A DNA stretch of 64,000 bases, taken from Candidatus Saganbacteria bacterium (GTDB lineage: Bacteria > Margulisbacteria > WOR-1 > O2-12-FULL-45-9). Each line of letters begins with the position of its first letter. Within the stretch, counting starts at the first letter, position 1. This document shows positions 1 to 10,462 of this stretch, piece after piece. Both the position numbers and the translations under genes were made by a program. The notes beneath the pieces are model-generated. The model was not told the DNA's origin and ran no database searches. It saw only the letters and a list, made by a program, of their open reading frames with translations. The stretch covers positions 4-64,003 of the forward strand of contig JABMSE010000112.1 in NCBI GenBank assembly GCA_013204645.1, given 5' to 3'.

Positions 1-495
1 CCATCCAGATCATAGTTCGTCTTAAATATTCTATCATAAAGGTGTACAACTTTATGAGCCAATATCTCGATTAAGGGATTTCCCATGGTAACAATAATAT
101 TTCCCTTGTTTTTAAGTACCCGATAGGCTTCTAATAATTCTTGATCCCTTTCCTCTTTTGGGATATGATTGATGTTGGCGATAAAAGTTACTGTTTGAAA
201 AGAGGCATTTTCATAGGGAAATACAGTTAAATCACGCACCAAGCACTCTTGTGGCATCCCCGCATAAAGAAAAAGATCAATCCCTTTTCCTTGCCCCTCA
301 AGGAATTCTTTTATAAATCTATTCGTGCCACAACCCACATCTAAACAATATCCCTTAACCTCCCCTGCCACATAATCATATCTCTCACTGGCCAAAGAAG
401 ATAACTGCCACCTATCATCGTAAAAAAGAGTAAGTGCTCGTAGGGGAAAAGTTATAAAATCTACGGTTTTTTGGATAGGGGTTCGTGATTTCATC
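1..495 (-). CDS. Class I SAM-dependent methyltransferase, partial (3' end beyond window start)
   Basis: Reverse-strand translation from the ATG at 495 gives MKSRTPIQKTVDF...GYCLDVGCGTNRF..., carrying the glycine-rich SAM-binding motif (DVGCGTN). The ATG overlaps the stop of the upstream gene (ATGA). The reading frame continues past position 1. Confidence 0.55.
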
Positions 496-1789
496 GTTTT
501 AGGACCACCCTAAATAAATTATAATAAAAGGCTGCTCCAAAGATTGAAAAAAGTATCTCCAGGGGTAAACGGTATCTTAGAGCATCGTCCACCATGAAGC
601 AGGGATATACCAATCCAAAAACTATCAGTAACAAAAGGAAGAAAACATATTCACGTTTCCCCTTAAATAACAAACAATAGATGAAATATATGATTGAGGG
701 AAGAAAGACAAAGAGGTAAATTAATGTTTTTGCTATCTGATGCCGCAAAGAAATGTTGCCCCCCAACGGTCCCCAGAAAGAAAAACTTTTGCTGGCAAAA
801 TTATTTAATAGTTTCGCGGGCTGAGAAAAAATACCCTTTACCCCTTCTTTTGCTAGTTGACCGTCAGCTTGGGCAAATTCTTTGGTGTGAATTAAAGTGT
901 TTAGCTTTTTGTCCTGGTTAGAGCTATAGAGATTTTTATTGCCCGAATAGAATACGTATCCCATCTCTGCATTGACTGGAATAAATCTTTCAAAAACAAT
1001 GTAATTGCGCACAATCCAGGGCATAAAAATAAGACAGGCTACGGCCAGAATGATTAGATATTGACTGATGGCGACATAAAAGTTTTTACAAAGATATAAC
1101 AATCCTATAATGAAAGCGGCTAGATAAGCCAAAAAAACCGATCTGCATAAAATAATTAAGCCAAATAAGGTGCCTAAGATCAAATCCCATTTTAGGTTAA
1201 AAGTTTTTATCTTGCCAATTTGGGAGCAAAGATAGTAGAAGAATAAGACAAGCATAAATATATACAAGGTTTCCATCCAGGCAAAACAGGCAACAAAATT
1301 GTAACTGAAGTTGGCTACCACTAGATAGCCAGCCAGCAGTCCTATTTGTCGGCTCTTAAAAATAATTTGGCCCAGTTCATAAATCAAGTATACGGTGCCC
1401 AAACTTAAAATGAGCTGAAATATAATTAGTGCCATATAGTAATTTGGTTTAAATAGGAAATAAACTATGGCGAGAACAAATGGATAAAGAGGAGGAACAA
1501 AAGCGGTAGGCACCCCCCCTATCCTAAAACCACTAAATTGAGAGAGACTAAGGGCTATACCATTATAAATTCCCTGGTCAGAGTCAAACCATAATTGCTG
1601 GGCAATGGGGGAAAAATGCCAGAGAAATAAGAAGCGCACAATGATAGTAATAAATAAAAGAATTAAAAGAGAATGATTGGCAAAGAAAGTCCCTGCTTTT
1701 TCTCTAAATTTCACTTCAAAATCTCCTGGCTTATTTTTAACACTTGATCTGGTTTGATCAGTTCCATGCACTTCCAAGGGGTAGCACAA
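491..1789 (-). CDS. Integral-membrane GT-C family glycosyltransferase (ArnT/PMT-like)
   Basis: 432-aa ORF with more than 10 predicted hydrophobic helices. The N-terminal region resembles the ArnT/PMT_2 family. The true start is probably an internal Met, because the ORF overlaps the upstream gene by ~80 nt. Confidence 0.45.
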   Translation of the reverse strand: MCYPLEVHGTDQTRSSVKNKPGDFEVKFREKAGTFFANHSLLILLFITIIVRFLFLWHFSPIAQQLWFDSDQGIYNGIALSLSQFSGFRIGGVPTAFVPPLYPFVLAIVYFLFKPNYYMALIIFQLILSLGTVYLIYELGQIIFKSRQIGLLAGYLVVANFSYNFVACFAWMETLYIFMLVLFFYYLCSQIGKIKTFNLKWDLILGTLFGLIILCRSVFLAYLAAFIIGLLYLCKNFYVAISQYLIILAVACLIFMPWIVRNYIVFERFIPVNAEMGYVFYSGNKNLYSSNQDKKLNTLIHTKEFAQADGQLAKEGVKGIFSQPAKLLNNFASKSFSFWGPLGGNISLRHQIAKTLIYLFVFLPSIIYFIYCLLFKGKREYVFFLLLLIVFGLVYPCFMVDDALRYRLPLEILFSIFGAAFYYNLFRVVLKR

Positions 1790-2925
1790 GACGGCGGATA
1801 ATTGGTAATTGGATCAAAATGATTTTTAACACAAGGGGAACACGGGGCCTTTCCCCATAACACAATGTTATCTGGGGAAGAAGAAAAGCTGTCCGGATCA
1901 GAAAAACCAAAAAGAGAAATTACGGGAATATTAAGAGCTAGCGCCAGATGCATTAATCCGGAATCAGTCGTAATAAAAAGTGAGCATTCTCTTAAAATAT
2001 GGGCTGCCTCATTAAGCGTTGTTTTGCCAGCAAGGTTGATCACTTTTTCTTTTTTGTCTATGAGCGCAACTAGTTTTGCCACATGTGCTTGTTCCGGCTT
2101 TGAGCCAAAGAGCACAATAGCCAAATGGTCGTTTTCTAGTAGTTTGTTGGCCACGATAGCAAAGTTTTCTAGCGGCCATATCCCAAGGCCCTTCCAGGTT
2201 GCTGTTTTATTAGGATTAATTCCAATTAGACGGATATTTTTGTCTTTTAGGTCTTTTATTTTTTTTGCCGTTTCTGAGGTGATGGGGTCTGGTTGGATAA
2301 AATAGTTCAGTTCCTGGTTTTTCTTGTCGTCAACTAGTTTTTCCTTGGTTAGTGCTTCGATGACCCTTAAATTCCTTTTTACTGCATTGGTGTAGGGGTT
2401 TTTAGTATTAACTGGTTTAAAACCAATAGCCTCAACCTCGTGATAAGAAGAAAGATACCCTGCTCTATAGCGGGGATGGAGCATTTTTCCAAAGAGATAA
2501 TACTCAAAACAAGATATAAACATAAGGAAAAGATCGAATTTTTGAGCCCTTAGTTTCTTTGCCTCCCTTAGAAAATTGTTTTTTTCTATTGTAATAACCT
2601 CATCTATGTAAGGATTATCACAAAAGAGATCTCTAAATTCTTTTTTTGTAATAATGGTTATCCTAAGATCGGGTTTAAATTGTTTTAGGGCTCGGATGGC
2701 AGGAGTTAACATAAGGGAATCTCCTATGCCGTAAAAAGCTAGGATCAACACCTTTTCTGTCTCTTTTAGCGCTTGAGAAACATTTTTGGAGTTTATAAGA
2801 TAGCCATAATTTATTCTTAATCGAATGGCTCTTGAGATGATCATCCTAAGCATAAAGTCTAATCTCTGAATAAATGGGTTTTGTGAAAAATATAAATTTC
2901 TTAGGGCTAATAAATATTTAAACAT
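1711..2925 (-). CDS. Glycosyltransferase family 9 (ADP-heptose:LPS heptosyltransferase-like)
   Basis: Contains ILAFYGIGDSLMLTPAIRALK and LAGKTTLNEAAHIL...FITTDSGLMHLALALNIPVISLFG, typical of RfaF/RfaC/RfaQ-type heptosyltransferases. Confidence 0.7.
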   Translation of the reverse strand: MFKYLLALRNLYFSQNPFIQRLDFMLRMIISRAIRLRINYGYLINSKNVSQALKETEKVLILAFYGIGDSLMLTPAIRALKQFKPDLRITIITKKEFRDLFCDNPYIDEVITIEKNNFLREAKKLRAQKFDLFLMFISCFEYYLFGKMLHPRYRAGYLSSYHEVEAIGFKPVNTKNPYTNAVKRNLRVIEALTKEKLVDDKKNQELNYFIQPDPITSETAKKIKDLKDKNIRLIGINPNKTATWKGLGIWPLENFAIVANKLLENDHLAIVLFGSKPEQAHVAKLVALIDKKEKVINLAGKTTLNEAAHILRECSLFITTDSGLMHLALALNIPVISLFGFSDPDSFSSSPDNIVLWGKAPCSPCVKNHFDPITNYPPSCATPWKCMELIKPDQVLKISQEILK

Positions 2926-4147
2926 GGTTTTCCTTGGTTTTTCTGTCCCTTCTCATTATTGCTATGGTCGCAACACCTAGAGAAATACCGAGCCACGCAT
3001 AACCAGAAAGATAGAAAGGATGGAATTGAGATAACAATAGAACGCAAACAACCATATAAAAGGTTGCACGCAATAGCAACTGATTTTTAACCTTCCCTTT
3101 TTGGTATTGGAGCTCTCTGTAGCAATAAAACAAAAAAGTAAGCAGCATGAGCATAAAAACTAGCAAGCCCAAAATACCCGCGTCATATAAAATGGTTAAA
3201 AATATGTTAAAGGTAGCAGGCCAACGCATACCCATTCCTATGGCATCGCCCCAGGTACCTATGCCGTTGCCAATAAATGGATGGTTAGCTATCGATTTTA
3301 TCGCTACCTCAACAATGGGGATCCGATCAGCATTACTAGACAGGAATAGTCGCGCAAAAACATTTTCTTGCATAAAAATCCTTTCCCAATATTCGCGCAG
3401 AAAAAAGAAGGCAAACGCCAAGGCTATGAGCGCGGCCGAACTTTTGACTAATAATCTAATCGGTTTCTTGAAATTTACAAAAAGCTCATTAATTACAATT
3501 AATAAAACAAGGGTCACCAAAGCTGCTCTGGAATTTGAAAGTAGTATGCAAGAAATGAGAAAGAGAAGAATGAACCTAGAGAACCAAAGAGACCTTTCTT
3601 TTAATCGCGGATAGAGGGCGATAAAAGCCGAGAAAACAAAAACCAAATAATTACCATACCAAGTTCTTTCTGTAAACCAGGCAGGAGGGCCGGCTAAGTT
3701 AAAGTTCCACCACATAAGATTTATTCCGAAAAACCAGATGGCAATCATCTGAATTATTCCAAAAGCCCCTACTATGAGTCCAGCTAAAAACAAGATCTTA
3801 TAAGCCTTTAGCAAGAAATTGCTTGTATGGACTACGTTTACTACCAGGATATATAATAAAACATCTATCAATATTAGCTTTAGTAACTGGAGAATACTAT
3901 AAGTGACATTACTTGAATTGAATATGGATAAAATATAAGTCATTAAAAACAAAAAGAATACCCAGCCTAAGGGAGTATTGATTGGTTCTCGTTTCATTAA
4001 TTTGTTTAATATTAAAAAGAAAATGCCTATAAAACAAATAATATTCCAGGGGCGTAAGTTAAAAAAGGTATACTGAAAAATATCCAGTGGCATCAATAAA
4101 ATGGTGAACAGCAAAATGTTTTGTAGGGTTAGATGTTTCTTAAGCAT
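2918..4147 (-). CDS. O-antigen ligase / Wzy-type polymerase family membrane protein
   Basis: 409-aa polytopic membrane protein carrying the Wzy_C/O-antigen-ligase signature region (...LSNSRAALVTLVLLIV...) and a large periplasmic loop. Confidence 0.55.
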   Translation of the reverse strand: MLKKHLTLQNILLFTILLMPLDIFQYTFFNLRPWNIICFIGIFFLILNKLMKREPINTPLGWVFFLFLMTYILSIFNSSNVTYSILQLLKLILIDVLLYILVVNVVHTSNFLLKAYKILFLAGLIVGAFGIIQMIAIWFFGINLMWWNFNLAGPPAWFTERTWYGNYLVFVFSAFIALYPRLKERSLWFSRFILLFLISCILLSNSRAALVTLVLLIVINELFVNFKKPIRLLVKSSAALIALAFAFFFLREYWERIFMQENVFARLFLSSNADRIPIVEVAIKSIANHPFIGNGIGTWGDAIGMGMRWPATFNIFLTILYDAGILGLLVFMLMLLTFLFYCYRELQYQKGKVKNQLLLRATFYMVVCVLLLSQFHPFYLSGYAWLGISLGVATIAIMRRDRKTKENHV

Positions 4148-5243
4148 TTTCGATTACCTTTATCCAGGCATTTTCCCAATTCACAATGTTAAATGTTTGG
4201 CGGACTTCCTCAAATTGTTCCTGGCCTAAGTTTTCTCTCTCTTGGAAAACAAATTCCATTGCAATGGCAATAGACTTTTCTTGTACCTCACACTTATAGG
4301 TAGGAAGATCTAATAACCCCTCAATGTTGGTTGAAATGGTGGGTGTTTTACATGCCATGCTTTCAAGCGCAGCTAGAGAGGTCCCCTCCCGGTGGCGGGT
4401 AGGAATCACGGTCATAATCGAAGAGGAGTAAACCTTTGGCATGGCATCGTTTTCAAGATGTCCCAAAAATAGGACCTTCTCTGATAAGCCTAAATCATCA
4501 ATCAATTTTAGCAATAGAGCCACGTATTTATCTTGGCTCGATCCCAGATGACTTCTGCTTCCCACTAGACCCAGCCTGGTTTCAGGGTGTTTTTTGCAAA
4601 ATAAGGCAAATGCTCGCACTGCCAGATCAATTCCCCGCCCATAGGTCAAGTTTCGGGGGACCAAGATTAGGTTTTCCTTTTTAAGCTCCTGGTCTGGCTC
4701 AACTGGTTTAAATTTTTCGCAATCAACACAGTTTGGGATAAACCAGATGCCAGGTCTGATTTCTTCAAAAAACCTTGTCCCAGGTTTAATATCTATGCCT
4801 AATTCCCGTGGCACAAAGGTATCATTGACAACATATTTTGGTGAAAACTTAGAAACAATCTTTGAAATAGCCCTAACCAATTTTCTCTTTATTCCTTTCT
4901 TGTCTGTCCAGATGGCTCCGTGAGAAATAACAATAACATTGCGGTGCCAGAAGACGGGGAAAAAATATTCAGGATAGCTTACAATGATCGCCTTTTGTTT
5001 CAAAAGCTTAAATACATGTCTAAAAAGCATAAGGCTAAAATTTAGCGGCTTAGACAGAAAGGCTATTTTTGGCAAATGAATAATTTCGGCACTCTTATTA
5101 TCTGTGGCAAGCTGAAAAACGGTTGGGTAATAGCCGTGTTTGCCCGCGATCTTAGCTAGATTATCCACATACACTTCGGCACCACCAGTTATGGGTTTAT
5201 ATGAGGAAGCTAAGATGGCTAGTTCTTTTGTAGAAGTGGTCAT
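4140..5243 (-). CDS. Glycosyltransferase family 4 (GT-B, retaining)
   Basis: C-terminal EX7E-type motif (REGTSLAALESMACKTPTISTNIEG) and GT4 domain architecture. Confidence 0.7.
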   Translation of the reverse strand: MTTSTKELAILASSYKPITGGAEVYVDNLAKIAGKHGYYPTVFQLATDNKSAEIIHLPKIAFLSKPLNFSLMLFRHVFKLLKQKAIIVSYPEYFFPVFWHRNVIVISHGAIWTDKKGIKRKLVRAISKIVSKFSPKYVVNDTFVPRELGIDIKPGTRFFEEIRPGIWFIPNCVDCEKFKPVEPDQELKKENLILVPRNLTYGRGIDLAVRAFALFCKKHPETRLGLVGSRSHLGSSQDKYVALLLKLIDDLGLSEKVLFLGHLENDAMPKVYSSSIMTVIPTRHREGTSLAALESMACKTPTISTNIEGLLDLPTYKCEVQEKSIAIAMEFVFQERENLGQEQFEEVRQTFNIVNWENAWIKVIENA

Positions 5244-6196
5244 TTTTTTCGGTCCTTTATATGCTGTTTTAATTCAGCAAGGTGTGAAGTTAGATGGTAT
5301 TTTACTTTCTTAAGTCGAGAATATTGGGGAACCTTGGTGGAGGAAATATTGGGGGGCTTAACTAAAGGTTTGGGCTGAGCCGTCGCTCTCTCCTTTGTCC
5401 ACCATTTGAAATATTCAGAAAAGTTCATAGATTTAATGCCGTCTAAAGAAGCAATACAAGAAAAGATGCAATCTAGCACCTTTCGGTTATAGGAAATATC
5501 ATCGTCATTTGGATGACCATAAAGGATTATGGGTAGGTGGTTGGCATATCTAGCTCTGATATGGTTCTCAAAATAGGCACAGACAGTATCAACGGCAAGT
5601 CTGCTGTAAATAAACGATCCGGTGCAGACGGGGTGAATCGGGATCTGTAAAACAGAAGAGACTTTCCCATTAATTACAGGGTAAAAGGGTGCACAGTCAA
5701 ATGCCAAAGAAAACTCAGAGCTATAAGAATAGCCCAATTCCTCTAAAGCCTTTTGGAAATTTTGGTTCCATTCTCCATAAGGAGCAACCACACCCTTTAC
5801 CCTCCTTTGGACAAATTTTTCAATATAATCTTCAGCTTTCTTTAGGTTAACAAGATTTTCTTTTTGGCTGTTGTATACTTGATGTTTAAAAGCATGGGAT
5901 TGAACTTCTACCAAGGGGTCGGCAACAAGTTCTTTGATTGCATTAGGTGACTCTTTATATCCCTCAATATTTACAAACCAGCTGCTTTTTATCCCGTATT
6001 TCCTGGCACTCTCAAGAAAGAGCTTGTGCCCTTCCTCTAAAAAAATATCTGCGTCAACTCGAAACAAGAAAAGTCCTCTTGCGTCTCTTGGAATTAATGG
6101 TTGATCTGGTAGTGGTGGATTATTTTTGGCAACCCGTTCAGTAACAAAAAATCCATCCGGGGTATAGAAACGCTTTCTAGCTGTTTTATCCCGCAT
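5240..6196 (-). CDS. Polysaccharide deacetylase-like (CE4-like) protein
   Basis: Has FRVDADI (a TFDDG-like Asp motif), SHAFKH (a His motif) and VAPYGEW (RPPYG-like), loosely matching NodB-type deacetylase motifs. The assignment is tentative. Confidence 0.35.
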   Translation of the reverse strand: MRDKTARKRFYTPDGFFVTERVAKNNPPLPDQPLIPRDARGLFLFRVDADIFLEEGHKLFLESARKYGIKSSWFVNIEGYKESPNAIKELVADPLVEVQSHAFKHQVYNSQKENLVNLKKAEDYIEKFVQRRVKGVVAPYGEWNQNFQKALEELGYSYSSEFSLAFDCAPFYPVINGKVSSVLQIPIHPVCTGSFIYSRLAVDTVCAYFENHIRARYANHLPIILYGHPNDDDISYNRKVLDCIFSCIASLDGIKSMNFSEYFKWWTKERATAQPKPLVKPPNISSTKVPQYSRLKKVKYHLTSHLAELKQHIKDRKK

Positions 6197-7088
6197 AGAT
6201 GGTTTGCCCTTCTTTCAACATTGCATCAAGTGTCTTAACTACTTCATTAGTATTTAAAAGATAAGACCATCGTTCCCCTACTTTGATTTCTTTCAATATG
6301 CCCTCTTTTTGGAAATATTTTTTTACTCTTCTTGCAACCCTTCGATCGTGATCAATCCTTGTTTTTGCCAAATCTTCGCGGTGGCAATAAGTTGTGATAA
6401 TCTGGTATTTTCCCTTAGCATCGTTAATGCCGATTCTTATTGGTTTATCACTGTAAACTTTAAGGGGGAAATGCGGATTCAGATCTTCATAGACATGATA
6501 AAAAGTTATGAACTGAGTTGAAACCCCCAAACAAAGGATGTCAGCGTTTAACGCTAATAACTTTTGATAAGGCGAAAAGGCGTCAAATGGTGTTTTTGAG
6601 TTTATATGTTCGCTGACCAGGAATTTAGCTTGTGGACCATAAGCACAAACCGAATGGGTGGGATGACAACTTCGCAAAACACCGGGCCGACGCCTAAAGG
6701 TTTCACTTATCTTTCCTAATCCCGAAGGGCTCCTTTTGCAATCAAAAACTGGTGGCTTGTCAGTAACATAATCCCTCAATACGGGAGGAAACCAGCTAAA
6801 AACCGGTATTACCAAGGTACCATCAGGACCCAATACTTCTAAAATAGCATCGATAACTGTGTTTGCCTCACCTCTAACAAATCCTAACCGCTCCAAAGAA
6901 CTATGAACAAATAAGGTGGATCCCCCTTTCCCCCCCAAACTTCTCAATTTATTGACAATTTCTTCTTTGGGTATCTTTTCAGCAAAAAAGTAATCCCATT
7001 TTCTCCTAGTTCGGGCAGGGAGCTCCAATATGTATTTCCCAAAAGACCTAACACCATAAGGCAGCCTTTTTATAATTTTGTTCATCAC
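6186..7088 (-). CDS. AAC(3)-family (aminoglycoside 3-N-acetyltransferase fold) acyltransferase, likely a sugar N-acyltransferase
   Basis: N-terminal LRSLGGKGGSTLFVHSSLERLGFVRGEANTVIDAILEVLGPDGTLVIPVFSW matches the hallmark region of the AAC(3)/PF02522 family. The gene sits inside the glycan operon. Confidence 0.55.
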   Translation of the reverse strand: MMNKIIKRLPYGVRSFGKYILELPARTRRKWDYFFAEKIPKEEIVNKLRSLGGKGGSTLFVHSSLERLGFVRGEANTVIDAILEVLGPDGTLVIPVFSWFPPVLRDYVTDKPPVFDCKRSPSGLGKISETFRRRPGVLRSCHPTHSVCAYGPQAKFLVSEHINSKTPFDAFSPYQKLLALNADILCLGVSTQFITFYHVYEDLNPHFPLKVYSDKPIRIGINDAKGKYQIITTYCHREDLAKTRIDHDRRVARRVKKYFQKEGILKEIKVGERWSYLLNTNEVVKTLDAMLKEGQTIYAG

Positions 7089-8032
7089 CCTGCTCTCTTA
7101 ACTCCCTCTTTCTTTAGTAATAGCTCTATCATTTGCCTAAAATTAACCGAGGGTACCCAGCCAGTTAATTTTTTTATTTTTCGAGGATTACCAACCAATG
7201 GCTTTCTTTTTTTGCCTATAATGGTTGGCTTTGTTTCGACATAGTCTCTCCAATCTAAACCGGCATAAGCGAAGGCAATTTTGACAAAATCGACCACCCT
7301 ATGTTTTTTACCAGTGGCTATAACAAAATCATCCGCATGCTTGATCTGTAAGGTTTTATACATAGCCCTTACATAGTCGGGAGCATATCCCCAGTCTACT
7401 TCGGCCTGAAGGTTTCCAAGAATTAGTTTTTTTTGTTTTTTTCGTTTAATTTTTGCAACGGCCTTTATTATTTTTTTGCTTACAAATTTATCGTCGCGCA
7501 AGTGGGACTCATGATTAAAAAGAATCCCGGTCGAAGCGAAGATCGCATGTTTTTTGCGATAAAAACGGCAAACATAATAGCCGCTTGCCTTTGTGATCCC
7601 GTAAACGCATTCTGGATTTATTTCTGATTTTTCATTTTTTAAACCAGTGGCGCTTTCCCCAAAAATCCTAGAGGAAGCCGCATAAAATAGTCTAGCCTTT
7701 GGTGCATAGCGCCGCATACCCTCCAGGAAGTAAATTAAGCTGATGGTATTGGTGTTAAAGCTTCGTTTAAATAACAAAAGATTATCTTCTGGGGAGTCTT
7801 GGGAGGAATGGTGATAGGCTGCCAGGTAGTAAATTTCATCTGGCTTAAAAGAGTTAAGAAATTTCAATACTTGACTGGCATCCGAAATATCAACAAAATA
7901 CTTCTTTGAAGGACGAGTACTCAGGCTATAATTGATATCCAATCCTACTAAGCTGTATTTCTTTTCTCTCAGGAATTCATAGAGGAGTCTGCCATCCTGT
8001 CCCTTACAGCCTATTATAACTGCTTTTTTCAT
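7085..8032 (-). CDS. GDP-mannose 4,6-dehydratase-like short-chain dehydrogenase (paralog of gmd)
   Basis: N-terminal Rossmann motif VIIGCKGQDGRLLYEFL. The [11 protein letters not shown] motif is equivalent to the GMD motif [12 protein letters not shown], and the catalytic YxxxK region is present. Confidence 0.55.
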   Translation of the reverse strand: MKKAVIIGCKGQDGRLLYEFLREKKYSLVGLDINYSLSTRPSKKYFVDISDASQVLKFLNSFKPDEIYYLAAYHHSSQDSPEDNLLLFKRSFNTNTISLIYFLEGMRRYAPKARLFYAASSRIFGESATGLKNEKSEINPECVYGITKASGYYVCRFYRKKHAIFASTGILFNHESHLRDDKFVSKKIIKAVAKIKRKKQKKLILGNLQAEVDWGYAPDYVRAMYKTLQIKHADDFVIATGKKHRVVDFVKIAFAYAGLDWRDYVETKPTIIGKKRKPLVGNPRKIKKLTGWVPSVNFRQMIELLLKKEGVKRAG

Positions 8033-9282
8033 TTACTTATAACCTCGGGGATTGGTAAAGGGAAGAAAAGATTCCCTCCCTTTTGCATATATTCCTTTTC
8101 CCTTTTAATGATTCCATCTCTAAAATGCCAAGGTAGGACCATAAAGTAATCGGGTTTCATCGCCCTTGCTTCTCGCTCTGATATGATGGGGATAAGTGTT
8201 CCCGGGGTATAGCAGCCAAACTTGTTTTCATTAACTTCAGCAATGAAAGGTATGTCAGCCGAAGATAGGTTGCAGAATTGCAAAATAACATTCCCTTTTG
8301 TAGAGGCTCCATAGCCAAAAATGGTCTTGTTTTGTTTTTTCGCCTTGCGAATAAATTCTATTAATTGGTTACGGTGTTCTTCTACCCGCTTTTCAAATTC
8401 ACGATAAGGTTTTAAGCTGCCTAAGCCCATTTTTTCTTCTTTATGCATAACCGCATCAACCTTGTCGGTGATTTCCTGGTAAGGCGAATCAACTTTAGCT
8501 ACGGTTAACGAAAAACTTCCTCCATTAATGGGGTTCAATTCCAAGTCAATTATTTTAAAGCCAACCCTATCCATCATCCACTTAATTTGCTTTAAGCGAT
8601 AATATTCCAGATGCTCATGACACACTGTATCATAAGCATTTACCTCCAACATGGTAGGCAAATAACTTTGCTCAAAGGTCCATATTCCGTCTTTGGCTAG
8701 AGTTTGGTGGATTTGGCTAACAAAATCCATTGGGGATTCTAGATCATAGAACATAGCGATAGATGTTATTATTTTGGCCTTTTTTTTGCCAAATTTATTT
8801 TCAACCGTAGCGGCAGAGAAAAACTCAGGAATGAGTTGGATGTGTTCGGGATAATATTTCTTGAATTTGATTCCGGTGGGATCAATTCCGACCGTAAGCT
8901 GCCCTCTTTCGGGATAGGCTTGCAAAAGAGTACTGTCATTGCTACCAATATCGATTATCATATCTTGGGAATCAAGAGAAACAAGCCCGAGTATCTTTTT
9001 GACTTTATTGTGTAAATGCAACACCATAGACTGATTAAGACCAGAACGATAACCATAGTTTTCTCCATACATCTCGGTGTTGTCAAATGAATGCCTTAGT
9101 TGGACCAAACCGCAGTTTTTCCCATTGTTTTCGGAGCATTTCACTAGCTCTAAGGGGCCTGCCGTAAGAGATTGCTCACTGCTTTTTGGAAACACCCCCG
9201 TTAACTTTTGGGTTCCAAGGTCAAGTATTGGCTCCAAATTTTCATTCCCACATATTCGACATTTTTTGATTTCTTTAAACAC
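8029..9282 (-). CDS. SAM-dependent methyltransferase with N-terminal zinc ribbon and C-methyltransferase C-terminal domain (TylCIII/TcaB9-like sugar C-methyltransferase family)
   Basis: N-terminal CRICGN...C zinc-ribbon, followed by a class I methyltransferase core and a C-terminal domain typical of NDP-sugar 3-C-methyltransferases. Confidence 0.55.
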   Translation of the reverse strand: MFKEIKKCRICGNENLEPILDLGTQKLTGVFPKSSEQSLTAGPLELVKCSENNGKNCGLVQLRHSFDNTEMYGENYGYRSGLNQSMVLHLHNKVKKILGLVSLDSQDMIIDIGSNDSTLLQAYPERGQLTVGIDPTGIKFKKYYPEHIQLIPEFFSAATVENKFGKKKAKIITSIAMFYDLESPMDFVSQIHQTLAKDGIWTFEQSYLPTMLEVNAYDTVCHEHLEYYRLKQIKWMMDRVGFKIIDLELNPINGGSFSLTVAKVDSPYQEITDKVDAVMHKEEKMGLGSLKPYREFEKRVEEHRNQLIEFIRKAKKQNKTIFGYGASTKGNVILQFCNLSSADIPFIAEVNENKFGCYTPGTLIPIISEREARAMKPDYFMVLPWHFRDGIIKREKEYMQKGGNLFFPLPIPEVISK

Positions 9283-9304
9283 TTTCTTAATCCCTCCTAA
9301 TTTT

Positions 9305-10462
9305 TTAGGTTTCCTCCCAAATATATTTAAATTTACGGGCCAAATTAGGATAACCTAACTTTTCTCGGCCTTTAAGAATATTATTGCATTGGGTCCGATA
9401 GCGTTCGTGGGGGGAAGTGTTGACTATTTCCAGTACTTTATTTTTGATCTCTTCGTAGGATTCACATAAATAGCCAATATCTCCCAGGACGCTAAAATAG
9501 TAGTCAAATACGGGGTTACGAAGAGCGATAATGGGTTTTACATATGAGAAAGCATCAAAGAGTGCGCCACTAGTAGATAAGCGATAGGATTTGTACAAGT
9601 AAAGGGTATAATGAATTTCACTAATGCGTTGGGCAAATTCAGCCCGGCTCAATATTTTTCTGCTAATGGTTATACTTGTATTTGAATATAAGGCAGCCGG
9701 GATTTTGTCCTTTAGATGACCGATAAGAGTAAATTGGGGGGGGGATTTTACTCTTGCCTTCTCACAGTCGGCAGCTAGTCGAAAAAACAAATCAATACCC
9801 TTAGATACAGTTCCCACCCCTAAGAAAGCAAAACGGACGTTGCTCTTGGGGGGAGTAAAGGTAGGGGTTGGGCAAAAATTGTAAGGAGTATCAATAGAGC
9901 AGATCTTAGTATTTAGGTTAGGGAAATCAAGTTGTAGTTGCTTCTTGATAAATTCGCCTAGCACTAAATAGCTAATTTTATCGCTGTTGCCTACTAGGAA
10001 GACATGGCGAAACCAAAAGAGTAGCGGGTAAATCAAATACCATCTTTTGGGGATTCGCAAGGTTAATTCAAGGATCGAGTGCGGCATTACAATACATCTA
10101 ATATTTTTATAGATTCTCTGCAGTATTTTAATCGAGATTAACCCGGGGCTGGTGGTTGAGCAAAATAATATTTTTTTACTCTTGAGCTTGGAAGCCAGAT
10201 TAAAAATCTTTATGGTTTGAAAAAGAGAGGGAATCATTTTTACAAAATCAGGAGAGTAGCGAGGGGGAATATTAATGGTTATGCCGGTAAGGTTTAAAAC
10301 TTTGAATTGCTTTAGCTTAGAAGTCACATGCTTTAAATGTTCCTTCTCAGCAGCAAAAAATATCTTTTCCTGGGGAAACGCAGATGCTACAACATAGAGC
10401 AAAGCCGAATTTACTTCGGCATGCTCAAACCCTGAGCAATTTGGTTCACAAATAAATATCAT
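9305..10462 (-). CDS. Putative GT-B fold glycosyltransferase
   Basis: C-terminal half is GT1/GT4-like (FLGVGTVSKGIDLFFRL... followed by an E/D-rich sugar-donor-binding region). The N-terminal half is poorly conserved. Confidence 0.35.
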   Translation of the reverse strand: MIFICEPNCSGFEHAEVNSALLYVVASAFPQEKIFFAAEKEHLKHVTSKLKQFKVLNLTGITINIPPRYSPDFVKMIPSLFQTIKIFNLASKLKSKKILFCSTTSPGLISIKILQRIYKNIRCIVMPHSILELTLRIPKRWYLIYPLLFWFRHVFLVGNSDKISYLVLGEFIKKQLQLDFPNLNTKICSIDTPYNFCPTPTFTPPKSNVRFAFLGVGTVSKGIDLFFRLAADCEKARVKSPPQFTLIGHLKDKIPAALYSNTSITISRKILSRAEFAQRISEIHYTLYLYKSYRLSTSGALFDAFSYVKPIIALRNPVFDYYFSVLGDIGYLCESYEEIKNKVLEIVNTSPHERYRTQCNNILKGREKLGYPNLARKFKYIWEET

